DNA of 64,000 nt from Marsupella aquatica (Eukaryota > Plantae > Marchantiophyta): NCBI GenBank assembly GCA_973895155.1, contig OZ316894.1, positions 13,308,828-13,372,827 of the forward strand, in the 5' to 3' direction. Below the pieces are notes generated by a model, which was not told the origin of the DNA, made no database searches, and was given only the letters and a program-made list of their open reading frames with translations. Numbering within the stretch: position 1 is the first letter of the stretch; each line of letters opens with the position of its first letter. Below are positions 11,844-24,899 of the stretch, in pieces. The position numbers were made by a program, and so were the translations under genes.

Positions 11844-12146
11844 ATGGAACCAAAGAAAATGGTTCAACTCCGGAGGAAAGTGGCTCAAAATGTAATCATC
11901 ACTCCCGAGAAGCCGTTTGTGTTGCCATCATATGCTGAGAACGTCGCGAGGAAGGTAGAGAAATTTAGAACGCTTTGCTGGGAAACAAAAGGACTTAGGC
12001 TTCTTAGGGGAGTAGACAGGAAGTTCATGAGGAACCCCTACGTAGATGATGTTTCTAGAAGCAAGTATATTGATGATGAGGCAGAGTCGACCGACAGATC
12101 TCATAGCTCCCAGAATGAGAGCTCAGAATCTGACACTGAAGGGTAG
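11844..12146 (+). CDS. Small 100-aa ORF of unknown function inside the MULE (separate gene or extra exon)
   Basis: Open frame MEPKKMVQLRRK...SDTEG, preceded by a pyrimidine tract and CAG acceptor at ~11837. Confidence 0.35.
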   Translation: MEPKKMVQLRRKVAQNVIITPEKPFVLPSYAENVARKVEKFRTLCWETKGLRLLRGVDRKFMRNPYVDDVSRSKYIDDEAESTDRSHSSQNESSESDTEG

Positions 12147-13241
12147 CAATTTTCTCCTCTATCAGGTCAAACTTCCTCCCAACTGTACGTGTATGCCCTT
12201 GGTTTTTGTTAGCGCCGGGCGCTATTGAATTTATTAAATCGGAATTGAGTTTGAGGGAGGTTTCCCCTTCCATTCAATGGTTAATGGGGTCTTTCGTAAC
12301 GTCCTTTGTGTGGGTTCCTCTCCTTGTTTAACTAGCACCCGACGCTCCCCAAAAAATACGTTGGAAGTTTCCGTTTGAATTTTTTTGTTTCCGCCCTAGT
12401 GTCATTTGGCTTTCAGTCGGCGACTGGTACCAAGAAGAGGACCAATAACGGGAAATCCAAGTCCCTTATAAACATACTATTGTTTCTTTCAAAGTCCATT
12501 GCTCTTGTTTTTCTCCTTCTCGATTCCATGGAAGTCCAGTGTGTCGACGGCCCACGAGAGCATATGTCAACTTCCGATTAGATGGTTTCCGCCAAGATCC
12601 AGATCGTCAGGACGCTGGGATTGACGATGATTGTCACTCTTTGAGCTAGGACATTGTACGAGGAAGCACCCACCAGGAGTATTAGCGCCTGGCGCTAGGT
12701 ACAATTGTACTGGCATCTTTAGTGTTCCTATGTAGCAATATTTGTACATCGAGGACAATATGTTTCACTTAAATAAAAAAGCTCGAGTTTCTTTTCTTTC
12801 AATTTCCCGTTTGAAGTTCTGACTCAGATACCTTGGTTAAGTCCTGCTTTTGTGCTTTGATATTGAACCTAGACTGTTAGAAATGTTTGGTTTCTATTTG
12901 GCTCTCAGCCTGAACATCAATCCTACGTTCTCATGATTTTCTCCACAAAGCATTTGAAGCGCCCGGCTCTAGTATTCGGCATGTTTGGGCGATTAATGTT
13001 TCATTATTTTGGGTTTGAACGCCCGGCGCTAGTATTCGGCATGATGCGTTTGTGTTTGTTTTGCCTATAAACTCCCGGTGCTAGTATTCAGCATCGCATA
13101 ATTATCAGTATTTTAGGAACGGTTTTTTAAAAATTTGCCACAATACCAGGAGAAATGTGCACCCAAAACAGGAAATTTTGCTGTTACCAGTTCCTGTTAT
13201 AGTTTGTTGTTTGCTGTTTACTGCCTTTTGTAAACACCTCC

Positions 13242-13954
13242 TAAAGCTGACCTTCCCGTCAAACTTCTCCACCTCAAACTTTGGCGCCACAAGCTTTCGT
13301 GAAGTCATTGATGCTGACACACACAATCACCAAAAATGAAAGTTGGCAAAAGTGGAACTATAATGCACCATCGCGTAGCCTGCAAGGTACACTACCAATA
13401 TCTTAAAATGATTTGGCAAAAAACTGCCTCAAAAAAGCTTATCTAGAAATATTTTTGTTTTCCTCTCCTCAAAGCACCCGCAGAACGGTGTTTGGTAAGT
13501 CACTCCTTCTGAACGCAAAACCTCCAGCGCACAACGACCAGTAACATGATCACAAAAATTGTTGAAAACAATCTGATCCGTCACCATGATTCAACACACG
13601 AACGTTCTCACCACTGCCCAGGCAACCGAACGTTGAACACAAAGCTTTGATACCACTTGTAGGAAAACCGATAGCTCCAGACTAGACAGCAATGCAGAAC
13701 ATGAGAGCACTCAATCTCACACTACACCAACAAGACACCACAATCATGGAGAAACTCTTGAAGGATCCATAGCTGATGAGATCAAACATGTGAAGAATGA
13801 GGGAGAGAATGCTCTTTCTCCAACCTATACCCCCTAAGGGGAACTAAGATGTGTGGGCCTAAATAAGTGGATCTTATCCTAAACTAACCAAGGGTCAATT
13901 AACCCTAGTAAGTCCAAACTAACTATAGTCAAGAACTCAAGTCAATTCCTAACA
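13242..13954 (-). mobile_element. Ty1/Copia 5-prime end: LTR (13658-13954), tRNA-iMet PBS, start of gag
   Basis: TG...CA-bounded LTR; PBS TGGTATCAAAGC (13644-13655, minus). gag N-terminus KFEVEKFDGKVSF is cut by the MULE end. Confidence 0.8.
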
Positions 13955-14900
13955 ATATTTATAGATGACTACTTGAGATATGTATGACCTAGCTAGCTGT
14001 GGCGGGCTAGGGACGGAGTCTGGTTTTTATTTTCGCGATTTAATCGGATTTTCGGGCTTACGACCGCAATTATTTCGCTGGCCAATTGAGGCGCTTGTAA
14101 TTTATTTCCTAGAGAAGAAGTCTGATGTTTTTGTCATTTTTCAAAAGTGAAAAGGTTGAGAATCAGACAATAAGCACGATGAAGTGCTTGGATGCAAGGG
14201 TGAGTACACAAGTTCTGACATTTTTGAAAGGTATTGTGAAGAATAGGAAATTACTCGTCATCTCACCATGATTATACTCCACAATAGAACGGTGTTGTTG
14301 AGCGGCTCAATCAAACACTATTGGAACGTGCTAGGTGTATGATGGGGCAATCCAATTTACCATATATTTTTTGGGCTGAAGCTATGAACACTGTAGCTTA
14401 TTTGGTAAACCTTTCTCCTTCTAGTGCCATTGATTACATGACGTTGTTTGAATGGAGGTATGAACGGCAAGCGGATTACCAACGGTTGGTAGTCTTTGGA
14501 TGTGATCTTTATCCTCTCACACCTAAGGAGCAGCGGTCCAAGCTCAAAGCAACGTCCAAGAAATGCGTCTTTCTTGGATACCAAAGTGGTGTGAAGGCTT
14601 ATTGGTTGTGGGATCCAAACACCGGTAAGATTGTTGTCAATAGGGATGTTTTCTTTAATGAGGATACCAGAACACTGAAGGAGGAGAAGAATTCTCAAGC
14701 TTCCCATATTGACATGGCAAAATCTTCCTTAGTTTGGTGGGAGGTTGAATTGGATGATGAGGCACAAGGAGATGCACAACAAGAAGCAGACCGTTGTCAT
14801 GCCAAAACATTTCAGCCCGGGGGTGGTCTTTTATAGTGAGTGATGGGTAGGTAGTCGCCATCCAGTCACGACTATGCGGATGCAAACAAGTTGTTGGGGA
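13955..14900 (+). pseudogene. Copia integrase fragment
   Basis: IFIDDYLRYV, NGVVERLNQTLLERARCM, FWAEAMNTVAYLVN, RSKL..KKCVFLGY, VNRDVFFNE; contains stops and frameshifts. Confidence 0.9.
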
Positions 14901-14989
14901 CCAATCAACTGGTGACTCATCATCATTCGTCTGAGACAATTGGTGTTTGGGTGGTGCTTGGCTGTTGGCAACTGGTCAGGCAACAATTG

Positions 14990-15458
14990 TGTTAATATCA
15001 AAGACAATTTACTTGATACAATAATATTTGATTTCCCTCTACTGTCCATCACTTGGTTTACAGCAAGGTGGAGTGCACTTTGACCATCACAAATAATAGA
15101 GCTTCACATTCCCATGTGGCAATCCCAATCTATCCAACCAAATTGCTTCCTTTGTTGCTTCTGCTGCTACAACAAACTCTAATTTTGTAGTAGACTAAGC
15201 TATACACTTTTGCAAAGTAGACCTCTAACTTATGCATCCAACACAAGTGTGAACAATACCCCATTGTTAATTTTCTCTGGTTTAGATCTTGTGTATAGTC
15301 AACATCTATATACCAATCAATGATCTAGCATTATCTGCATGTGCATCAAACAATAGACTATGATCCATATTACCTTTCATGTACCTGATAATCCATTTCA
15401 CTGCTTCCCAATGTACCTTTCTTGAATTTGACATGTATTTGCTTAGGCTTATTGCCAG
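14990..15458 (-). pseudogene. Copia RT C-terminus / RNase H fragment
   Basis: SKYMSN...HWEAVKWIIRYMKG, STTKLEFVVAAEATKEAIWL, CDGQSALHLA. Confidence 0.85.
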
Positions 15459-16033
15459 CTGAAAGATAGGGAGATATTGTATTATCTTTTTATTCATTAA
15501 AAGTGTATTTTATTTAGTTCACTTTTTGGTCATTTATACACTTTTAAACTCCAAAATGTACACTATAGTACAATATTCTACACCTAAAAGGTCAATTATA
15601 AACTTGAGAGAGAAAAAATGATCTTACTAGAAGGAGTCTAATCATAGTTCATTTACAAAAGATGAACATGGTATTCTCACAATACAATAAAAAGTACCCA
15701 AGCATTGCATCTCACTGTTACTAAGTGATACGAGATTCCCTCTTTCAAGCTGCTATAGTAACTTTAAACTTACTCCCATCTGCAAGTTTGGCATATGGCT
15801 CACAGCCAGTAGGTTTGGTCCTTATATTTTATCTTATGGTCTGGACTTTTCCTAGCTTCATTGCTAACATTGATGCATGTCTCCGAATTACCGCCATGGC
15901 TCTATGGTAGCAGAACCATGCACCATGAATCTGTCCATTACTTGGCGTGATGTGATTCGCCCTAGGGACAGGGGCTGAAAGACTACCTGTGGGCAATGTA
16001 ACAAGACTATTGCATTCTAATCTTACTTGAAGA

Positions 16034-16330
16034 CTAGCCCCAACTACCTTTTAATTGAAGGTGAATAGCGAAGAGGACAATAAAAGTGTCATCATCTTCC
16101 TTTCTATGCACATCCCTTTTTATGCCCATATGTTATGATGGGGCCATAAAGCCCATTTTTTGAATGTAAATAAAAATTATGACAAAAAACATGCATAATT
16201 ATCATTTGACATATATCATAACCATAAGTTTTACCATCCACATGGTGAGCCATGAAGTTACAATCCAAAAATTTCACTATAGAAACCTAGACCCCAACTC
16301 TAGCTTGTAGTTGGTGTTTTATAAATTAGA
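16034..16330 (-). mobile_element. Short non-autonomous Helitron-like element
   Basis: Minus strand starts TCTAATTTATAA and ends with a hairpin plus CTAG, inserted between A and T. Homologous copy at 36106-36513. Confidence 0.6.
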
Positions 16331-16656
16331 TTTGTCTTACCACTAGGTGAGAACAAAGTACTTGATATATTTATGTCATAATGCATGCAATGCCAATGTT
16401 CCTAACACTAGTTAAGTGCCACTCCGTTATATTCACTTGAAGGTCAAGGACACCAGATTTGTGGTGTCATCACTTTTATATCTGTTGTTTGTCTTGACTT
16501 GGCCATTCGTGGGTGTTTCTTACTTTACATCTCTCTCAGGTGGGTGAAACTTCTCGCCTGCTCTCAAAATTCTGGGTCGCCCTCTCCAGGCTTCCCACAA
16601 ACAGACACTCGAATTCATCTAACCCTGCCTATTCCCACCCTGCCCAAACTGTGTTC

Positions 16657-16932
16657 CAACAATGCCTGACTAAACTGAGTCAACCATAAACCCTCTGCAC
16701 CGCACACATGGGTGTCAAAAGTGGAATACCAAGAAATTTCATGAGACATTAACCCCACCAACAAAGTTTCTGTCCACAATAAACTCCATGAACTCCAACA
16801 ATGCCTGACTAAACTGAGTCAACCATAAACCCTCTGCACCGTACAAGATGGGTGTGAAAAGTGGAATACCAAGAAATTTCATGAGACATTAACCCCACAA
16901 ACAAAGTTTCTGTCCACAGTAAACTCCTCCAT
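16657..16932. repeat. Tandem duplication of about 140 bp
   Basis: The block CAACAATGCCTGACTAAACTGAGTCAACC...GTTTCTGTCCACA occurs twice, near-identical. Confidence 0.9.
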
Positions 16933-18235
16933 GAACAGAGTATCGCTGCCGCATGTGTCGAGAGGATACACTGCTGCATGCGTAGAGCTCTTGCTTAGTA
17001 ACGTTAAGCCTACACGAATCGTTGCATAGAGGCCAAAAGTGCTCGTGCTTCTTACTTGTTCTTAGTACCACTAAGACTCTAACAAGGATACTTGAATAGA
17101 GGCCAAAATTTGCTTCTAGAGGATTAGTTTAGTGACACCAATTAAAATGGGCGGTTTCATTTAACATTGCTAGTATTGCTAGTATGTGGTGCGGCAGTAC
17201 TGCTCTCGTGGGTCTCCAAAGTTCAATTAGTTGTCCACAAAATTCAATTAGTCATCTTTACCTGACTGGCCTTGGATCGCTCGTACATATTTGTCACTTA
17301 GCTTCACTTTTGTCACTACGGTATTTAGTGACAAAAGTGAAGCCCCTTTCAGTTATAGGATTGCCATCAGAAACCTCCTTGCCCTAAACAAAAAAAGTAG
17401 TAAGTCCGTAACTATGGAAATGCCCTTACTTAATTGACTACCAATCTCCTATGACTGCACTTGCGTATTGGTGTGGCCTCTCCAAAGTACAAAAATGTGG
17501 TGAGAGCAGCTTTTCATTCATAAAAACACTTCATTGCTGTTAGTGAGCATCTTGCTCTTACGTAAAAGTGGCGGTGACCGTTCAGTGTCACCAGCCCTGC
17601 TCTCAATTTGGACGTACACGAATTTGTGAAAGTGGACAATTACTACACTAGACTCACGCCCTAGTCTACGTTGTCTTGACTCATTAGAGAACAAGGCAGA
17701 TCAGGGGTCTACTTTCCTGGCCCAGTCCGTGAACATAAATAATTAAAACCAGAAAGTTTTCAGCTGCTGTACGTGACCCGTGTGGAAACACCTCATCCCT
17801 CAATCTTGCGTTATGTATCAAAACCTCGTAACAGTGAGAATCTCCAAACCAGTCAATAGCCCCAGAAGAGTCCACAGGGGAATCCGGCCTAAAACAAGGC
17901 TAGACGCTCACTACAATCTATCTCAAGACGATCAATCCCAAACGTCTTTAAAACATCTTGGCCGGTAATAGACGCAATGAAACTTAGTGGAAAAATCCCC
18001 TCAGGCAGACAGGAAAGAGGTAGATTGCTCAAAAACAAGACGCTAGCAGTTCCCTTTTCTGGACTGAAGACCCACAGGATTCCCTTCTCGCCTAACCAAA
18101 ATCGATAGGTGAAAGGGGAAATTAAAAGACAAGCAGGCTCACTTGATGGCAAATCTGGTTGGGAGGGAGTTAGATAATACTCTTATCAAGTAGGAAACAT
18201 GTCATTATGCACCACAATTACTCCATACAGTAGAT

Positions 18236-19421
<1,186 letters not shown>

Positions 19422-20830
19422 CTTTGCAAAAATTCCCGAGTGAAGTGAGGGATCTCACTAACAAAAGTGTTGTCCGTCCGTCAGCAGGGAGAAATCGCAA
19501 GGGACTGGGGAAGACACCGGCGACTTTCTTAATTCCTTTCAGTTCTTGCTAGACCACGATAACCAGAAGTTCAGATTGCCGCAGAGACGTTCAAGTAAAC
19601 TGCAGGGGCCATCATTACAGAAATTTTAGTACGTGAATATCAAAGGTCACTTACCCTTCGAAAAGGCCGAGACACAAACAGGGCGTAGGTCAAGTTATGA
19701 TTTGTGTGCTGAGCTCGACAAAATGCTTTCACCAAATGTAGCACGGAACAAAAACGAGACGGTATCAAAGATCATTGACCATTCGAGAAGGCCTAGACAC
19801 AAACAGGGTGTAAGGTCAAGTTAAGATTTGTGTGCTGAGCTTGACAAAATGCTTTCACCAAATGTAACAGTGAACAAAAAAGAGACAGACTTTGAGAGAG
19901 GTGGCGAAAATGATTCGACCTACACTCGTTGCGAAAGGCCTGAACAAGACACACTGTTCATTAATAGAGTAGAGAATAATGTTTCAACTTACTCCTATCA
20001 TTGCCAACTAATTCACGAATCAAACAGCTCTTACCAAAATGCTTCAACTCACTCCTATTGTTGCCAACTAACTCACGAATCAAACAAGGGTTCCCAAAGA
20101 CTGATTGAGGGAACGAGGGAGTACAATGAAGAGGCAACGCTATTGCCCATGCCAGCTTCCGGATGGTCTAGGGTTTCTTGTTGTCTTTGTTTTGGCCGGA
20201 CCCTCTCTGGCCTGCCCAACGGTGTCTAGGGTTTCTTGTGGTCCTTGTACATTGTACACCTCTCGAAACACTTACTCTATGTGTGTAAAAAACCTGCCTA
20301 CAAAATTACATCATGGAGTATTACAATACATATTTTATGTTGCGAGCCTAATTGCATATTCTTGAATATTAATACCAGGCCCGTGACTAAGAGGGTTTGG
20401 TCACAATAGTAAGTTAAAAGAGCAAATATTAAATTTAATTGAGTTAGGTCACACCATGTGAGTGTTTGGTAGGTAATGGATGAGAATGAGACTCAATTTA
20501 GAAGTTAACCAATAAGTTGAGGTTTTGAATATCTTGACTTAAGATATCCTAAAATCTTAAAAAAAACAAATTGTGATTAGATTACTCTTAGAAGTTTTGT
20601 TTCAAGTGATAGAATCATTATCCTTACTTTACAACACTTAGAAACGTGTATTCTCATTTGAATAAAGTCTAGTAAAAAGCCAGAGAGTATAGCATATCTA
20701 TTTATGTTCTTGAAGTAATATAACAATGACAAGGTAAAGATCATTCATTTTGTTTGTTTGGAAAAAGCATAACAAGTTACAAGGTAAAGAACATTTTTTA
20801 TAAAATATTATTATCAATAATAAGGAGGGA

Positions 20831-23800
20831 TGTAGTGGGGGATTTTTCGTAGACAAACCAACTTCTAAGACACTACCCTAAACGTATTGTTGACTATCAA
20901 TACTCTGGCATAAGTAGTTGACCTATGACCCTAATCCCTATAACCTGACTATCAATACTCTGGCATAAGTAGTTGACCTATGACCCTAATCCCTATAACC
21001 TAACTGTATATCCCCTATACTACGTTGATTAGCAACCTACGTCAACGGTCCTAACTGAGTCTCTTCTCTAATCCTATCTACTATATATGCTGCTAATTGA
21101 TGACTAATGGCAATTGTTTTGTCACTAACATTAGCCCAAAGATGTCCCCTGCCATCATGTTGTACATCGTTGCTGACTCACTGCCCCTTCCCTCAACCAT
21201 CCCCTACTTGTGCTATGTTATTGGCCCTGGGTTTATCGTCTTGTCGGGTTGGGGCCTAGAGCCGCCTTTGTCAAAGGCATCTCCTGACCCGTCCCTTTCG
21301 GTCAATAGTAGCGTAACCTGAGTCTGTAGGGTGTTGTTGTCTCGGGTTGCCTTCTCCGCCTCATTGGAGATGTCATCCCCCTTGGCCTGCAGATGCACCA
21401 CCTCATGATTAAGATTGCGAATCATTTTTACTATTGGCCTGGTGTTGTGTCAACCATTTATCCCAATCCGCAGTGACAGTTGTTACTTGTTGAGCGGCCT
21501 GCATAAATTGACCGTTGAGGTTGGTCAAACAACTAACCCTAGTGGCCACCTCCTTCTCAAGTCGAGCCATGGGGACATCATGAATCTGATGCATACTTGG
21601 ATGTTGTGCCACATCTCATCACAGTTGTTTGGAAGAATGACCCTCTTGTTAATCCCAGCTGCCGCCAAAATAATACAACTGGTTTTTTATCCCATTGCTT
21701 CATCTACTTCTACAACATTCCAGGATGTTATCTTCTGTCTCATGAATATTTTCCATGAGTTTAAGCTCACCTTCTTGAGCTGTTGCAACTTTCTTTTGTG
21801 CATAGGATCCGCTAGTGCCTCCTTTAATAACTTACTTGTCGTGGCAACTTTGTCCCGCAAGCTCTGCACTCCTAAATCTCAGGCCTCATACGTGTCTTTT
21901 GGGATTTGGACCACCTTATTGCATTGCTAAATAAACTCTTTACCAACTACGTTCTGTAACCATTTCTTCCTCTTCCTATCCCTTCTCTCTTCTCTTTCTT
22001 CTAGTGCAACAGAGCATGCTTGCTTCTCTTCTAATTGATTTCATAACTCATGGTTGGTCCTCTTAGCTTTTTGGAGCTTTTCATCATACTCCAAAGCCCC
22101 CAATCTTGCCAAAGCTTCTCTTTTGGCAAGTACCTCTGCAGATTTCCCGCGCTCTGCCAACTGTTTGGATAGATGGATTGTCAGTTTCCTCGCTCTGCCA
22201 GTTGTTCTTCCTCCCTACTTTTTGGTCCAATCCTTCTATCTCTTTCTGCAACTCATCCACCTTTCATTGGGAGATAGAACCACACAATGCATGTTGGCCT
22301 GTTACCTCTTTCAACTCCACACCGAGCTTCCTCTGGACATTTTGCTCATACTGTACTAGCTGGTCCATCTGCTCAATAGTTACCTTAGTTGCCAGGAGTT
22401 GAGTTTGCAAATCCCCCTCTTCTTCTTTGGCGATAGTCAAGCATATGCCCCACTCTTCTTCGTTATTGCACAACAGCTCTTGTAGCCTCCCCTTCTCTTG
22501 TCGGATCCATCCTAGCTCGGACCATAATTCTTGCACCCCGGCCTTCTTTGTCCGAACCTCTTTCTGAGCCTATTGAAGGGCTGACTTTGCTTCCTCGTTC
22601 TTCTTCTTCTCTCTATCTAGCGTTTCTTCTATCTTTGCCAGTTGCTTCCACGTCTCCTTGTTGGTCAGAGCCTTCTCATTTAACTTTGTAAGGAGCCGCT
22701 CAACCTTCTCATATGCGACTCTTAGCTTTTTTGAGTTGCTTGTCTTGCCTTTGGACTCTATGATCACAATTATTGCCAATGCCCTAGTGTCTTTCAAATC
22801 CCTTAATCACTAGCGTAGGTCCTTGGTATTGGGAACCGGTTTTCCTACAAAAGCTGGGCGTTGTGCAAAATTCACTATCTCTCCAGATTGATGGTGTCCA
22901 GAAGTTTGGAGAGCATGGGCTGTTGAAAGGTGACCTCTCTCCCTTCTTCTTCTTCCCCTTCCTCTTCTTCATCTTTGTCCGGTAGGTTTACTTTCCTCCT
23001 CTTCCTCTTGAGACTCTTACGGCGGCTTTTTCACTCAATGCTCGCAGCAGAAAAGCTCCTCCTTCACTTTCTGCATATGAATTTGGGGGTGAGTCCCCTC
23101 TTCTTCCTCCTTGTCATTCTCAAAATCCTCCTCATCATACTCTAGTTCATCCACATTGATGTTGGTTGTGGATCCCGATGTAGTCCCAACTTATGTTATC
23201 CACTGAGATTTAACTTGATCTTTTTTTTCATTCTTCCAAGTTTGAGTCATCCGACAGATCTCTACTGGTTGACTCTTGGAGCCCAAATATATTGTGCACA
23301 ACTACTCCTATCTGATAAGCTATGAGCAATGAGAACTTTGGACAGCCTTTGGAATCAATCATAGCAGACAAACTAGCCCTCCATAATTGGAGGGGATGAA
23401 GATTCCCCTCAAATAAAGCCCTCGCCACCGCAATTCTTGGCAAGGTGGCGTGATGGTATCTGCTCTTAACCATCACCCACTTGGTGCAGAACTCAATGAA
23501 GTTCCGGTACGTTTTCTACAATGGCTCCATGCTGTATACTCCCCCTTGTCATCCAAACCTCTAGTTGTTGTAAGAAGGATGCCACGCCTTCTACTTTGAT
23601 AAAGTCCACTTGGTACAAAAGTGACAACCCTCCTCTTGGTAGCTTGAACATTTCACACAGCTTCTGATTGAAGAAAGTATACGTGATGAACATAACTTCG
23701 AGTGACATTATCACCTTGGTAATCTGTGAGCAGATCTCTCTTGCTCATGCAATCAATAAGTAGTGGTCCATCCGGACCATGCCATAAACTCAGGCCCTGT

Positions 23801-24240
23801 CAAGGATTGCTTGACTCTCCTCAATGCGCTGCACCTCCATAATGGAGTTGAAAATCTTCTCCTCCAAGGATGGAGCTCCTTTCTTGTTCCTAGCTAGGGG
23901 AACCTCCGCCCTTCGTGTTCTTGACAAATCCATTTTGCCGGTGAATCTAGTAGTGTAAGTGTGAAGTGCAACCTTCTATCGAGAGCTTCTCATTCAAATC
24001 AAAAGGTGATGAATGAGCGTGTGAATTCCTTGTGAAACAAAATCCAACCCTCCTCGATCCCTATCTTATGTTCAAGGGGTTTTTCCTTTGAGCCTATAAC
24101 TATCCGGGTGGGTGGAATGTCCTTCTGCTGCTCAAGCATGAGGGCATCTTAGTTGAGTGCCTGACTAATGATGACCTTAGATACAATTTTTCTCTAAGGG
24201 GCCTGCACAGCGTACTCTCCAGGGTTTAGGGTTTACTCTA
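20831..24240. mobile_element. Decayed LTR-retrotransposon segment (PPT-like AAGGAGGGA then TGTAG) with an antisense accessory ORF
   Basis: Purine tract followed by TG at 20831; ~56-bp tandem duplication at 20891-21000; degraded ORF inside. Right boundary uncertain. Confidence 0.45.
21213..23933 (-). pseudogene. Degraded coiled-coil TE accessory protein resembling 685-2541
   Basis: Chain of broken minus-strand ORFs: EKIFNSIMEVQRIEESQAILDRA, then an acidic linker, then a long coiled coil. Confidence 0.55.
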
Positions 24241-24899
24241 CTCATTATTTAGTAACTTAGGCACGACACTTGACGTAGTTGTTATGCAAACCCCTCTTAC
24301 TAATGGTACCATTATGGTCATCCCAATTGTTTTAGGATAATAAATGTGCTCTATTGCAAACAAAAAAATATTTGGGGCCTGCACAATGTACTCTCTAGCC
24401 ATGAAATCATAAGGGAGGTTGTAGAAGGCCCGTGGCAACAATGTAGTACTGCTACTTGTAGGAGCACCAACCACAGGTTGAGCAGGGCATAACCACAGTG
24501 CCAGGAAACATGAAAAAGGAAACAACAAACAACAAACAGTAAAAAGCAAATGGATGAGAATTTTTGAGAATTTTTGGGGGATTTTTATTTTTTATTTTTA
24601 AAATTTTTTTGTTTGTATTTTTTACATTTCTTTACTAGCACCCAAAGCTAGCAATAGTAACGCCTAGCGCTAGCCAAAAATGATTGTTTTTAAAAATATT
24701 TTGAAAATTTTGAGTTTTAATGAGACCTTTTTGATATTTCATTTTTGCTCGTAATAGTAAATTTTTCCTCATAACTGGAAATAATTTTCCTGTTTCCTGA
24801 CACGGTGTAAAGCCTCGGTTGAGCATGACCTGCTGGTTGTATTGATTTGCCTTGGAGGGATGCCAATTGAGCTCGGACTGCATCCAACTCGTTGGTCAA
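24240..24899 (-). pseudogene. gag-like retroelement ORF fragment split by the MITE at 24485-24816
   Basis: The frame ...QPAGHAQP resumes as AQPVVGAPTSSS... across the insertion; the TSD duplicates AQP. Confidence 0.4.
24485..24816. mobile_element. Non-autonomous MULE-type MITE with a perfect 9-bp TSD
   Basis: TSD GGTTGAGCA at 24476-24484 and 24817-24825. Ends GGGCATAACCACAGTGCCAGGAAAC and GTTTCCTGACACGGTGTAAAGCCTC resemble those of 6261-6600. Palindrome variants at 24636 and 24658. Confidence 0.88.

Larger units (their letters stand above)
4945..13083. repeat. Dispersed 15-bp palindrome TAGCGCCNGGCGCTA, about 15 copies
   Basis: Copies start at 4945, 5058, 7342, 7488, 7642, 8803, 10211, 10282, 11063, 12210, 12333 and 12683; degenerate copies near 12957, 13017 and 13069. 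Confidence 0.92.
4335..13241. mobile_element. Mutator-like (MULE) DNA transposon with divergent transposase and ParB-methyltransferase cargo gene; left end missing
   Basis: DDE transposase motifs. The right terminus (minus strand GGAGGTGTTTACAAAAGGCAG, ending 13241) matches the terminus of the 9-bp-TSD MITE at 6261 and interrupts a Copia gag. The left boundary is approximate. Confidence 0.8.

Noticed and set aside
6261-13241. A single TIR element bounded by the inverted repeats at 6261 and 13241
   Set aside because: The flanks do not form a TSD, 6261-6600 has its own 9-bp TSD, and the transposase and palindromes continue to the left of 6261.
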